A DNA stretch of 64,000 bases, taken from positions 41,912,001 through 41,976,000 of the forward strand of contig NC_045138.2 of the NCBI RefSeq assembly GCF_008831285.2. Direction: 5' to 3'. Positions 49,830-63,643 of this stretch are shown here, one piece after another (positions within the stretch are counted from its first letter, which is position 1; each line of letters opens with the position of its first letter). The translations under genes were made by a program, and so were the position numbers. The notes under the pieces were generated by a model. It had not been told where the DNA came from, did no database searches, and worked only from the letters and a program-made list of their open reading frames with translations. The DNA comes from Nymphaea colorata. Taxonomy: Eukaryota.

Positions 49830-50640
49830 AACAAGTCTTGAGTCTACGGAACTTCAATTCCATCTCATTGGAGACTATTTTCTTGAGGATCAAGTCATCA
49901 ATTTGGACAGGACAATCATCCATAGCCAAAAATGCTTCGTCTCTCTCCCATCATTCTCTATGTTTTCCATCAATGAAGCCAAGAGTCCTCTACACTTATT
50001 CAACACTAATGATGAGACAAGAACTGCAGCCTCCAACCTGTTTGGATGCTACATAGCAACTTTTGCAGCCCAATATTTAGGCCTTCCCTTGGTAACATAT
50101 TATCTTCGTGCCATTGTTGGAATCCAGTGGTTTCGGCAACGAAATCGAAGTTAAAATCACTGAACCTCCACTGAAAATAGGATTAACATCATAGCCAAAA
50201 TATTTCTTTTGAGTATTTCAAACAATACGAAGAAGCATTTAACTTGGAATTTGATAACTATAACGTCGTCTAGAATCTGCATGGGAGTCCCAAATATCTA
50301 GTCTACAAATGTTACCCTTCTCCTCAACTGGGCATTAGAATTGAGCAACTCCAGGACACAATTTTCCAAACATAACGTCTTAGTAACATCATGGTGGCTG
50401 TCCCATGCTCCTCCTGGTTCCATGAAAATTCTCGTATTTGCTAGCCATGGACCTCAACTGTAAATCTTTTTCAACTCCGGCTTATACCCACCCACAATCT
50501 GTCAGGAGTCGGCTTCAACTCAAAAGTCTACCCCGCACTTTTTTGCCTCAACAGCTGACTGGTTTTGTAATTGGAGCGATTTGCTTTCTCTCTAATTAAC
50601 AACCTGAGCCTTTTTTTGTTCTGTATGGTTTTCTCTTAGC
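49830..50640 (+). mobile_element. Decayed L1 RT fragment
   Basis: AQYLGLPL motif near 50066-50090; the rest is degenerate. Confidence 0.45.
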
Positions 50641-51120
50641 CCACTTTTTTTGGATCAAAGAGTCGCTCTGCATGGTTTTTCCTTGACTCACATTTCGTGG
50701 TCCAAGAGTCCTATCAATGTTATTATCTCCCCCTCCAACTCATACCCACCCCGAGCAATGTTATTATCTCCCCCTCCAACACATACCCACCCCCACCCAT
50801 TTCTCACCCACCACACTCACACACAGGCTTGACAAAGCCGACTGAAACCAAAACATGAAAAACCACAATCGTTAACTTAGTTTTTTATGCATACTGATAT
50901 GCATACCCTGTATGTGAGCCAACAAGAGCTCAACCAAAAGGGTTAGTGTGATGAGAAAATAAAGTCTGAGAGGGAGTACAATTTAACATACACACGTATT
51001 CATCTCTAGTTTTGAACAATAGATACTGAGAAATGCACAGACGGCATAATGCAAACAATGACTGTGTACTCGACTACCACTGTATACAGTTATGTACAAA
51101 GGATCCCGTACATGCATCAA

Positions 51121-51342
51121 TTAAAGGACTCGTTGCTTCATCAAACTTGATATAATTTTAGCACTCGTCGAGTTGTTTGGAGCAGATGCTAAATCAGTAC
51201 AAATCACAGCATTTGAATCGCCAAGTGATATGTCGCTGTTGGTCAACGCAAAACCATGAATAACGGGCAAAGGGAACCCTCTGCTAAGACGGGTGTTGAC
51301 ATATGGTATAAAGACGTCCTTCAAAAGAACCCGTACCACAGT
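51121..51342 (-). CDS. LBR-1: BPI/LBP-family protein, last coding exon
   Basis: TVVRVLLKDVFIPYVNTRLSRGFPLPVIHGFAL...KQRVL then TAA; CAG acceptor at 51345-51343. Confidence 0.9.
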   Translation of the reverse strand, partial: TVVRVLLKDVFIPYVNTRLSRGFPLPVIHGFALTNSDISLGDSNAVICTDLASAPNNSTSAKIISSLMKQRVL

Positions 51343-52832
51343 CTGCAAGAGAGAATTTCAAACATATTAAAAACCAGAGTATGATGTGCAGAAAATGATT
51401 AACAATACTAAGATCCATACAACGTAGCAACCAATACTTTCGCATCAGCTGTATCCTTAACCAACTCTATGACCATCCTAATTATGAGGCAGGGCATTCA
51501 ACAACGGGATGGACACCACCGAAGCATGTGCAACTGCAACCATAGTCAGAGACTGCATCAATGCAAGTATATGTATATTGAGTATGATTCATTTGACAGA
51601 AACGATGTTTTAGATCATGCTGTTTGGGCATAAAAACATGAATTTTTCAGTCTTAAAAATCGGCACATTCTAGGCCAATGTTTTTTCAAACATTAAGATA
51701 CCAAATTTACACTAAAATTACACTAATAAAAGGTGCATGAGATTGTATTTACAAGGTTGAATGAAACAAAAAAAAAAAGACCCATTAAAGTTTGAAAACC
51801 CCAAACAAAAAATTAACAGATAATTTGGTGATATTTCAAAATTAATTAGAAGAGAAAAAGATTAAGTTTACCTGGGTGTCGTGACAATATTTCCGTTGCT
51901 TTTATGCTTCTTCAATATTTATTACATTTAATGTTTTCTTATGCTTATTTAATATTTATTACATTTTAATGTTTTCTTATCTTATAGTTATAAAAAAAAT
52001 ATTATTAACTTTCAGTTAATATTTGGACAAGGCTTTATCTAAAAACATTGTTTTTTTTCTGCAACTTACCATTTTTCAGAATTTTCTTAAGTGCCAACAT
52101 TTTCCCAATATTTGTTGAGAAAACTATGTCATCCCAAGACTTTTCTTTGCTGACTGTACCTACAGGAGACAACACCATGGCCCCCTGGCTTTCCCATGTC
52201 CCCTACTCAAGGTAATGGCTCCATTGTTTTCTGAAAATTTTCAGATCCATTGTAGCCAAGAGCAGAACTGCAATCCTGGACAGCTCATTGACTTTTTGCA
52301 CATACAGAAAATTACTTGCCTTCATCAAAGGGGCAGCAAATCATCTTACCTAACCTTCTTGAACTGCTGAAGGAAGTTACGAAGACGATCTCAAGGATAT
52401 TTGTTCATTTCCAATAGAGGCGCAAAAAACATGAACTACTTTTGATATCCCCACCCAACGATGAGGTCACTATGGGCAGAAGAAGGCTGGATCTGTTAAA
52501 CAAGGCCCTTTCATAAAATGGCACCAGGAATATATTTTGACATTAGTTAATTGCACTGGTCTTGTCCTAAAGGTTTTAGATTCAAAAGGTTTAGTGTAAT
52601 AAAATTAGCCTTTACCAGTCACTGATTGATTCATTCCAGAAGACCCAACTTTTTAGGCAGCTTATAGAAATCCACATAGGATTTATCTGTTATCCTTCAG
52701 CAGATTATTATTGTCACCTGAAATGCCAGAATGTGATGATATGACATATCTACTCATGCACACACATAGGCTCATAATAGAAACTGCCACTTGGTGAAGA
52801 ATATTTGGACTTTGAAGCAAGTATAGCTGTAC

Positions 52833-52958
52833 CTGGATCAAATACATATGGAAATTGCCTACATCACTCCACTTTAGTTCCAACGTGAAGCCATCAAGTC
52901 GTACTTCACCAGCAAGATCACTTCCTGACATTCCCAAAGTCCCTGAAGCACTAATTAC
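52833..52958 (-). CDS. LBR-1: BPI/LBP-family protein, penultimate exon
   Basis: VISASGTLGMSGSDLAGEVRLDGFTLELKWSDVGNFHMYLIQ; 126 nt, AAG/GT boundaries. Confidence 0.9.
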
Positions 52959-53782
52959 CTTTTCCACAAACCAAACTCAATTAGGAAGAACTGATCAGTT
53001 AAAAAATTATTTAAGATACTACAAAAGGAAATACATCTTTCTACATAATGTGCGGAAGACTGTAGTCAACAACATATGCAATGAGTACATCTTTAAGTTC
53101 CTACCAAAAGAAATAATGTACCCTGTATTACACAAATTAATAGGTCATATCCACTAAACTTTTAGAAGAGATAATTTCATTAGATTCGGTCATCTAAGGT
53201 TCTACAATGCATTTGCAAGCAAAAATGCAAAATTGTAGAAGTGATCACAAGGAACAAAAGAAGAATGTTTAGTGATCCTTTTCAGCAAAGAAAGAAATAT
53301 AATATTAACATAGTTCATGAGAAATAGGTTACAGCAATTTTTTCCCTGAAACAAAATTCTACTAGTAATATGGAAATAAGGGGTGAAAATGAGTTGAATG
53401 CAAAAACATACAAGTAACTCACATAATAAAAACATTTTAAGATTGTGACTAAACATAAATATGAAAAAGTGAACAAGACGTATCACCACTGTCCAGTATC
53501 AGCACAAAAAGAACATCCATCAGAGTTAAATCTTTCACACAGCAACTGGATACAAGAATGTAGTTCACAAAAAGTTTATTTGGCCTACTAAGAAGAACCG
53601 CAGGTAGACGACCGACAAATAGTGTTTCTGTCTCCCAACCAACAGGCGTAGAAATGCACAGATGAGATGCAGGGGTTTTTATTCTTGTTTGCTTTCTCCA
53701 GTGTGACTCTTTTAGGCAAATTTTTCATATTGTACTTGACCATTTTTCACCACGGTATCTGCTTAAAATAGAGGATATGCTC

Positions 53783-56651
53783 TCTTGCAACCAATGAAAG
53801 GAGAACCAGAAAAATCCAATTTCTATTAACCCTAATCTCTTAAATGGAGATTAGTGAGAAATTATAGAAAAGGTCCACCTTATTACAGCAAATCCCAAAT
53901 AACATAAAACTTTAATAAATTGCAACTACTCAAATAATAAGCATTTTCCTCAAAGCTGGAGCATAGATATCTATCATACTCAGCTTGTCACAACATTTCA
54001 AGAATGTAAAACTAGGAAACATTTGATGAGGATATCTGCCACTTGGTTTTCTGAAGATATATGAACTGCAGATATATGTCTGGGTTGCACCATGTCCCGA
54101 ATGTAGTGACAATCAACCTCGATGTGCTTAGTTCCCTCATGAAAGACTAGGTTGTTAATATATGAGGCAGATTTGTTATCACACTTCCTCACCATGGGAA
54201 TAAAGACATTTAACATTCCACTGGGTCAATAAGAATTTTACTCATCATTTCTATAGCAGTTTGGGCCATAGCTCGGTATTATGACTCTGCATTTGGTTTG
54301 GTTGCAAGAGTCTCTACAGAAATGTCTAGATGCTCCAAAATAAAAAAATCCATCTACTGTCATGGGTTTGTCTAATTCCACCTGTAAAACAGGCATTGCC
54401 TACCACATCCATAGATACTTCAGGACTAGGTGAATGATGAAGCAACATCTTGTTATATTCTGCATGACTAAGAATAATAATAGTCATTGTTAGATCTCCA
54501 TATAGTCCCTTCGGTTGAGGAGATATCACCTTGTACAATAGGTTTATGAGTAGATTACCGAAAAGGTGGATAGTCGTATTTGTCCCAGCATGTATTTTCC
54601 AGATGTCCAGACCCGCATAGAAAATAGTCAAATACATTGGAGACTTTCCTTACAGTAATGTTGTCGTATCTATTCTCCTTATTATTCTTTGATTAATTCA
54701 CGGCTGCTCACACAACCCTACTCAAACAATAGGATCTGCATGCAGTTGGCTGATTAACATCAAGAGTTACTGCTGACCACAACCAGGCACCTGATGTAAG
54801 GAAAAACAGAATATATATATATATATATATATAGAATCCACCACACACCAGAAACCTAACCCTGTGTAGAGGTAAGACCCTCAGAGAGCAACTGTCCTAA
54901 GTATACCAGATTTTTTTTTTGTTTTTTCACACGATGTCTACCAAGGAAGTTTCTGTAGTGTAAAGCAGATCTGCTGCAACTGCACCACCAACCCAGGCAG
55001 GAAAAACCAATCTGCCTATCTCCTCGACAACCAGGACCCAGGCGGTCAACAGAAAAATAACTTCTGCCCTAACACCACATCCGCTAGGATAGGAAACTGA
55101 TAAAGAGAATAATTAACCCAAGCACGAGTCTATCAACAGTATATCACAACAAGAACAGCAGAAAACAGAATCTGATTTGGTCTACAACAGCAGCTTAAAA
55201 AGATTCATATTTGTCTTGTCAGTAATCTGATCAACAGGAATCAGATTCTAATGAGGTTTACGGCAGCCACATAAATGAATCATTTTATTCCCCACACCCA
55301 ACGTCTATATTTGATTCAGCAAACAGTCCCCAAAAATCCATGTATATTATATCAGCCTCCTACTTCATCAACATATCTCAGACTATGTCACATAGGTATG
55401 GGTACGGGTGCAAGAAAGGGTGCCGGTGCGGGTACGGGTATGGACCATTTTTAAAAAACTTGGGTGCGGGGGTACGACCGTACACACACATGCACATATA
55501 CATATATATGTCAAAAAATTTCAAACAGAATAACATATTCACACATATATATATCAAAAAATTACAAACAGAATAATATATTCATAAATCATAATCCAAA
55601 ATTTATCATTCTTGATTCTCATACTCCTCTGAGGCTGAAGAAAATCACGTGTGTACAGAAGCATAAGCACAAACAAAAGAACAACATAAACTTTTACATA
55701 ACAAGATAAAGGAGCTAGCGAAGCAAAAAACGGATCCCAACACTACGAAGCAAGAATGAAGAAAAAAGAGGAAAGTGGGACATTAAAATGAGGGTTTCAA
55801 AAATTTTAACGTTAAAATATAAAATGTTTTAAAAAGTTAAAATGTAAAAATTGTTAACATTAAAAGAGGACAAATTTGGACGCAGTCAACTTTGACCGAG
55901 TCTAAAAAAGATCAAAAATGACCTTGGGGGTGCGGTCCCGGTGCGGTCAACGCAGCACCCCTGCCATACCCAGGGCCGTACCCGTGTCTTACCGGTACCG
56001 TGTGGGTACTCCTCCTTAGGAGGAATACCCGTGTGATAGAGATCTCAGACTTTCATCATCACCAGGGCAGAAGCTAGAAAGCATGGTCAATCTGTCTTAT
56101 CTCATCCACACGCCAAAGGGACACCCATTATTATTACTCATTAACCTTCAACCAAGCAGAAAACTCACTTTCAACAGCTGCACAATCATTCAACAACTTT
56201 CCTGATCTGGATAGGAGAAGACGCTGTCCATATCTTGTTGCTCACCATGAAGAAACACCCGCACATTAGACAAAAAATTAGGGTTTTCAGTTAATCTGGT
56301 CACTGAGGCATGGTATGACCACAGTGATCAGATTTCTGATCACCCACGCAAAGAAAAGGAAGGTCAATAGGACGCATTTGAGGAAGCAGGGAAAGGACAG
56401 AAGACAAGAGAGAGAGAAGAAGAGAAAGAATCGGTGCAGGTTGACATCAAAGTATCTCATGTGAGGTTGGCTCTGATACCATTTTGCAACTGATTGAAAG
56501 AAGAAGCAGAAAAATCCAATTTCCAATAACCTTAATCTGTTAAATAGAGGTTAGTGAGAAATTACAGTAAAGGTCCACCTTATTACAGAAAATTCCCAAA
56601 GAACACAAACCTTCCAACAAACTCCCCAGATAATAAATATTTCTCTCAACA
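53783..56651 (-). mobile_element. Element D: internally deleted copia in a BPI/LBP intron, same orientation as the host gene
   Basis: Diverged LTRs ~53783-53943 and 56482-56651, perfect TGCTC TSD, PBS at 56481-56470, RNase H remnants CDNKSA/TKHIEVDCH/DKLSMIDIYAPA. Confidence 0.88.
55383..56041. mobile_element. Non-autonomous hAT-type element nested in element D
   Basis: TIRs CTATGTCAC...GTGATAGAG, perfect 8-bp TSD ATCTCAGA, GGGTACG/CGTACCC subterminal repeats. Confidence 0.9.
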
Positions 56652-56913
56652 TGCTCAATTAAAGGATCTGCTTCAATAAGTAAACACCTTTGACATGATG
56701 AAATAAATCACTAAATCAGTGAAAACAGAGCGAATACAGATGTGACCAGCTTTAAAAACTCAAAGAAAGCCTCATTGTAGTGCTATTTTAGATGCATAGC
56801 ATGATGGCCAATTTGCATGCAAAGACCAGTTGTCATATTCAATGCAGATTAACATGCAAATGATTTATAATTCAAAACTAGAAAGGAATTAGAATTTATA
56901 TTCATTTTCTTAC

Positions 56914-57162
56914 CATATATACACATGCAACTGGAATTATTTGATTGGACTCAATAACATCAATTGTCATATCCGCAGAAATCGTAGAACTTATACCCCC
57001 TGCTGTGATCCTTATCAAAGGTGGAGATGTAACGCTGATGGTCAATTCCATTTCATCATTTGGATACTTCTTGTATAGCTGAGGAACAATAAATCTCCAA
57101 CCAGCTGTATTTAGAAGAGACTGATCAGGAAGTTTGTCAACAATCCAGTTCATAACACCTGC
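56914..57162 (-). CDS. LBR-1: BPI/LBP-family protein, internal exon (C-terminal BPI domain)
   Basis: AGVMNWIVDKLPDQSLLNTAGWRFIVPQLYKKYPNDEM...IIPVACVYM; 249 nt, CAG/GT boundaries. Confidence 0.92.
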
Positions 57163-59397
57163 CTGTTCAAACATAAACAACAGTTACAATAATTGAGCTG
57201 AAGAACAGTAACAAAAGCAAGAAATCTAGCATATACTTATGAAGAAAGAAGCTTCTCTTCACAAACAAAACGAAATAACTCATGCAGGTAGACACAAGTA
57301 GACACATTTTCCCTTGTTGAATAAGACATTTCACACAAATTACTTTTTACATATATCAAAGAGAAAGCCTGAAATATCACAACATAAGCACACTAAGAAT
57401 TAAAGTTTTCCACAAAACACACAACAAATACCCATCCACACAAGATAGAACAATGCTGTGAAAAACAATGGATCCTCAGCTGACACCAGATGAATAGATT
57501 ACTAAGCATGAATCTAGATCCAACAGAGTCCCAGGTAGCACTACCTCCTAAAACACTTCAATTTAAGACATATCTGCAATCGATCACATACAGGCTGCAT
57601 ACTTGGAGGGCCACAGGTGGGTAAGATCACAACTGAAAGATTACAAGAAGATCAAAACATATTACTTGGTTGGCTGCAAGAAGACATAAAAGGGTATACC
57701 AGGTAAGTTAGAAGTTTAATGAAATGTATTAGTTCCTAAAGCTTCAGTCTTCTGGATGACTTGATAGTTGTTACCATAGTTACACATATCAGCTAATATT
57801 GTGTTCTGTATCACCAAAAAATAGGAAAACATTTTCCAGAAAAGTATCACAATAATTTCAAAATACTGCCAGAAATAAATGGCACATAACATCAGATGTT
57901 TAACTTTTTCTGAAAGATTGCTTTTAGTTTAGTAATTTAAATGTCTATTTTTCATTTTTCTTAAATTTCAAAAATCATCCTCTGCTTTTGTCTCTATTTT
58001 GGTTAGAAAATTAGTAGAGAAGTCAAAATTTCACAATTTTTTCCCATTATTTTTGGTACATTTTAAACATTTTTTGGATTTCTGTGAATTTCCCCAAAAA
58101 CAATTTTTTAAGAGAACTTCCTAGAAAAAACTTCAACTTCCTATAAAAACATTCCCGCTCAATTCCTGAGATCTTGTGACTGGTAAAGATAATTCCTATG
58201 TACCACCACCATGGTAAAATGTTCCAAAACACTAACGGTTCTTAACTATTTTACTGTGATTTGAAATGTTACTCCATGTTTAAAAAAAAGACGTGATTGT
58301 AATTTCATAAGTTAACATAGGCATGCAAACCAATCAAACCATACGTAATAGACTGCCATTTGAGTTGACAACTGTACTTGATTGTCTCTAACCCGTAGAT
58401 ATCCTTTTTCTTTTACACATAATTACATCATAGTCACAACTATGGATAACATTTTCAAAATACCATGACACAAACACTAAAAATAACATGAACGGGAAAA
58501 GGAAAATAAATGTGACATTCTGAAAAAATCACCAAAATAAACTGCAATATTTTGCAAGGTTTTCCAAAAAATCATTTTCTGATATTTTTTAGACATTTGG
58601 CCTTTTTGGTGTTTCTTTTAACATTTTAATGACTATTTCAAATACTTATCAATATTTTTTAAGAAAATTAATAAAAACTTATAATTTGACAATTTTCTCT
58701 ATTGTTTTTCATTTTTTTTATTTTTTGAATTCCCAAGAATTTTCCTAGCTTTTCTTGAGAAAAAAATGTTTCCAAATTAGTAGTCAAGATAAAACTTGCT
58801 GACAAAAACTCTAGAACTATATATTTGTGAGTAGGAATAAGCTGATCACACAGATCGCATCTGTGCCGTCAGATTTTTGGGAAAAAAAAATGTTCTGCAT
58901 CCTGAAGTCCACATATTTCCAATCATACTTAGTCACACACACAGACACACTCACACACATTATAATGGGCAAACAGATGTAGCTTCAGCATACATGGTAA
59001 ATGGTGATTTCATTTTCCATATCAGAAAGGCAATTTTCACTTATAAATTAGGATAATTTCAGAGTCAAGCTAGCAAAAATCCTCCTTTTTTTTTTTGCAG
59101 GGATCAAGTAGCCAGCTACATTCTTTTTTTTTCCCATTTACACCCAAACTAATTGCTGATAAATAAGCAAGATGCCAATGACAAATACATTTACTAATTT
59201 AGAAGAAATAGTACCACCTACGTTTCCAAAAGGAGCCCTCCCCACACTCCCTCCATGTTCCCAAAACAAGTAACTCCTATGTTCCCAGCAAGGCCTCTCA
59301 ATATTAAATAATCAAATGATTGAAATCACAGCCTCATGATCTCTTCTAACATATTTCAGATGGATAAGTAAATAAACAAAGTTGAAATGCTAATTAC

Positions 59398-59749
59398 TTT
59401 GAAGTAAACATCTGATGCAGAATTGAATACGGCTTCATCCACAGAGATTCCAAGCATTTTTGAAGAATGCTCACAAGATAACACATGTTGAAAATGACCA
59501 AATCGGTGGGTGAAAGAGTAGGACATGTTTGATTCGGTAAATAAGCCATCAATTTCAAAGCCAACAGTTTCATTTGCCATCAAAGGATCATCCATAAAAG
59601 TGACATTAAGTGAAGCAACGCTGTCAACTGTAATTTCTGAAGGAAGTCGTGCCAATAGCAAGTTAATCTTCAAAATGCCATCCTTTATCCTTTTCACCAC
59701 AGCAGTTTCCACTGAAGACCTTATTTGTTCTTCAAAAGCATCAACCCAC
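59398..59749 (-). CDS. LBR-1: BPI/LBP-family protein, internal exon
   Basis: (G)WVDAFEEQIRSSVETAVVKRIKDGILKINLLLARLPSEITVD...KMLGISVDEAVFNSASDVYFK; 352 nt, AG/GT boundaries. Confidence 0.9.
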
Positions 59750-61832
59750 CTTCAAAGAAAGATATATTGCAAACAGATGCAAATGTGAGAAAGAGGCAAA
59801 AACAGCAAATCAAAGAAAAACTCATATGCCCATATCATTCCCAACAAAATCATCTGGCCTAATCACAAAGAACCAAACTAAAGTTTCGGCTAGTGCTAAG
59901 CTTATAACTCAGTGCTCACTTTAAGACCTCAGATGCTTGAGTGGCCTAATCACCCCAATTAAAAGTACCCTCTTTCAGGCTTTAGCTGAGATAGGCATGG
60001 TTTTCCATAAACTTTTCTGCAGTAAGAATGCTCATAAATATTGTCCACTGGGGTTTCTCTGAAAGAACTTTTTCTTGCATTTTGCCTTTCTCAAGAAAAT
60101 CTCAGGAAATCAGGAAACACATATATATATATATATAACATTGTCACAAACATCACTCTTGGGTTTTTAACGGCGAAATTTTTCTCAGGTTTTTAACGGC
60201 AAAGTAGTTTTTTTTTTGGAAAAACTCAGAAAATTTTAAAAAATAAAAAAATTAGGTATAAATGAAATAAATGAGAAACTAATATGAAAACATAAGTAAA
60301 ACTGTATAACATTGATAAAAGGAATGTTTTGATGATAATAAAAATGATGAAAATAATTTAGTTTAAGTTTATATTTGAATTCATGATAATATCAATGCTA
60401 GAAAATATAAAAATGAAAAAATCGTGAAAAATCGTGCAAAAAAAGTGAATAATAACCCGATAAATATTTTTCCCTGTTTGTTCTCAAAATATCATGATTT
60501 TTTCCATTTTTTTTCGTTTTTCTTATTTTTGGCGTTAATATCGTGATATTTTCAAAAAAATATCGCAATATCTGCGGCACTGATATAAAAACACTAATTT
60601 TAAAAAATAGTGAAACTATAAGTTTTCAACTAATTTCTCAGAAAAATATTGAAAAATAACCAAAATGGAAATATATGCTAAAAATTGGTTTAGTTGGGAT
60701 TTGCTAGAGTCCATCTAGTTTTGAGGGGAAGGGTGGGTGTTGGTCTTGAGGTAAGGAAGCATGACAGATGTGAGGTGGTGATAACATGATGTTGGGCACC
60801 TCATCTAGATGGTAATGACAGAAAGAAGCTGGTCTAGTGTGAGAGAGGCTTCGGTAGAGAGAAAAAGTTTGACATGAGTATGAAAGGAGGGAAGAGAGAA
60901 TAGAGGTACAAAGATGAAAGCAAAAATTAATGATGATAAAAAAGTAAGTTAACTATAGGAGCTTGAAGGAAAAGAACTCATAAAAAAATAGAGTGAGCAA
61001 GTTTGAGGGCCAATGTGGAAGGGAAACATATACAGGCAATGAGAAGAAGGATGGCACTGTTTTAAGCTGACAGTCCAATGATAGCATTTAGTCAAAACAT
61101 GGATCAATTAGAAAAAAAAATCCATTAATCAAAATATGAAAATGATTCTACTCACATAGCCTTAAACAAAGGACCTTTGCAGAACTTATGATAATATTAC
61201 AGTTATTTATGGTGATATTTTGGAAATATCTGGATATTTGCCTAATAAAAACTATTTTCCTTCATTTTGGCTTAATGATTATAATTGCATGGCCTGTTTT
61301 ATGAGATAAAAGACACAAAAATCATGCTCATAAGTTTTCCACATAAAGGGAGAAGTAGCTGTGCTAGGAAGAATGATGTGATGATGCATGATTACCCTGA
61401 TTTGTCAAAGGCATATCAACCATAGCTCATTTATAAGATAATCTCATGGAAAGAAGAGATAGGCAAGGACTTAGCAAAAAACAAAAAAAGAAGACAAAAA
61501 TAAATAATTTATACATATCACGTGCATAAAAGAATTGACGACCCAGATAACTACTTTTCTACAAAAAAAAAGTTGTCTTCAAGTACAACAGGCCATCAAA
61601 GACGATTGAAACACCAGGGTGAACAACCCTCCATACACTCTCAACTGTTTGAGGAGAAAAAGTCAGAACCTTCTACTCCATACACCTTCGATGAATCCAC
61701 TAGGGTTTACCCTGGTCGACTCATCCAGATCAACAAATATCCCCTTAAATGTAGATTTTCCAGCTCAAAATGTAATCATTACAAAGTGAAAAATGTGAAC
61801 ACTAATGAACCACATCAGTTTAAGGTGCATAC

Positions 61833-61972
61833 CCTTGGTAAAACCATGACGCTCCACCATCTAGAGAAATAAATATGTTCTCTATAACAGAACCACAATC
61901 AATGACAACAAGCTTCAGAAATCCATCATGATTCTCTATTCTAAGGGTGATGCCAGCTTGCATGCCTTCAAC
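61833..61972 (-). CDS. LBR-1: BPI/LBP-family lipid-binding protein, internal exon (N-terminal BPI domain); first exon(s) lie right of the window
   Basis: Not in the ORF track. Reads VEGMQAGITLRIENHDGFLKLVVIDCGSVIENIFISLDGGASWFYQG; 140 nt, AAG/GT boundaries, phase matches the next exon. Confidence 0.88.
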
Positions 61973-63643
61973 CTTTAAGATAACCAAAAAATTCCTTTTT
62001 AGACAGGCAAAGAAGATAAGTTAAAAATATAAATAATAGTCAGATGCACAAAGTTAAGATGAGATTTCGACATTGGTATGAATCATGCACCATCTGGCCC
62101 AAAACCTGCTAAAGCAAGCAGCCTTCCCCATCCTTCTGAATGAAAGACTTGGTAAAATTCTTCATTGGTATAAACTGACTATTAGCTTTTAGAAATATAA
62201 TTAGTTAGTAAATGTGTAATGGCAAGAAAATGTGAAGAAAAGTATAATAGAAAAAGAGGTCCTCATTGCAAAAAAATGTAAAGGTAATAGAGATTGCAAA
62301 GAAATATAATTAAATTGAAAAACTGAGCCTATCTGTGGAATTCCATCTACTCTTCTTCATTGAAACATCCTTATCTCGCCATGTTGAAAATTTTTCTTTC
62401 TTTTAGCAAGTGAGGTAGGTATGGCTGCTAACGCAATTCAAATTGGAAGTCCCTGGGTTAGGAAAAATGCAACATCAATGGATTCATCCACCTTATTTAA
62501 TTCTGGTTTGTTAAAATTTGTTCACAATCAAACAAAGCTGTGCTATCTCATGAACAAAGGGCCTGGCCATTTAGACCAAATATCCAGAAAATAAGTAGAT
62601 ATTACAAAAAAAAACAAAAGGCAGGTATATATTTTTAGCATTTGGACTAAAAAATGGAAAAGTAAAAACCGAATTTTTTCATGAAAAACGGAAAAAGGAC
62701 AAACTAAATCCCATTTATTACTTTCTGCTAACCTAAAAAAACTGAGGTTTTTGAACAACTGAAAAGGTGGCCAACCACCCCTCCGCTCTACCTATGGCAT
62801 TGCCTCCTCATTATCCTCTCTCTCTCTCCTGACCCCCCCCCCCCCCCAAAAAAAAAAAAAAAATCAGTCAAACGGATAAGCACCCCTGCTATGAACCTGA
62901 AGAGAGAGATCCGCGCATTCATCCTAGTGGCTTAGACTTTCATTGGACTGATCTTCCAGGCGTGAATCGAAATTAACATATTAATATAATTAATCAATCT
63001 TACTCTTATGTATGCAGTATGCACAGATCCAACATACAAAATATTGGATATGGAAAATCAAACTACAATCCTAAATATGGTTCAATCGGATCAATAATAC
63101 AAAATTGTATCCCACTCTTATGAAAGTATGAGGATCTAAATCACCTATATCTAGTAGAATTTTATCCTACATATGTTTTTACATCCAAACAGGTACTGAA
63201 GCAGAAGATCATGAGTCTGATAGAATATGGAGACGTACCCATTTCAGATTCTAGCTTGAACAGAACTTCACTCTCTCTTCACATATAGGAGATGGTTTGC
63301 AACTTTGCATGGAGCGGAACAATTTGACTGTAGAGAGTTGTTATGTTAGGAGAAAGTTCATCACGGTTCCTTTTGTAGAATAACTGGTATATTGCCTCTA
63401 ATTATGGGGTAGTTGGAACCTGAAGAAGAAATCAGGCTGGAGTTTTGTACTAGAAGACATGCTGCCACCTCTTTTGCACACAAATTATGACAGCAAAGGT
63501 GGAATAATTTGGGTGATTAAAGGAAGAAAGAGGAGGGAATTCAGTAATAGGTTCAATACCTATATAATAACTCCCTAATCCTTGCAGTTATATTAAAGAT
63601 CCTCAAATGGCTGATTACAGTTGAAGGACGATGAAGCAATAGG

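Noticed and set aside
41524..51980. Short 25-35 bp tandem duplications near 41524, 50715 and 51912
   Set aside because: Ordinary local slippage or repair duplications.
57770..60660. AT-rich MITE-like relics in BPI introns (also ~24720-25115 and ~51620-52140)
   Set aside because: Probably decayed DNA-transposon derivatives, but TIR/TSD pairs could not be confirmed.
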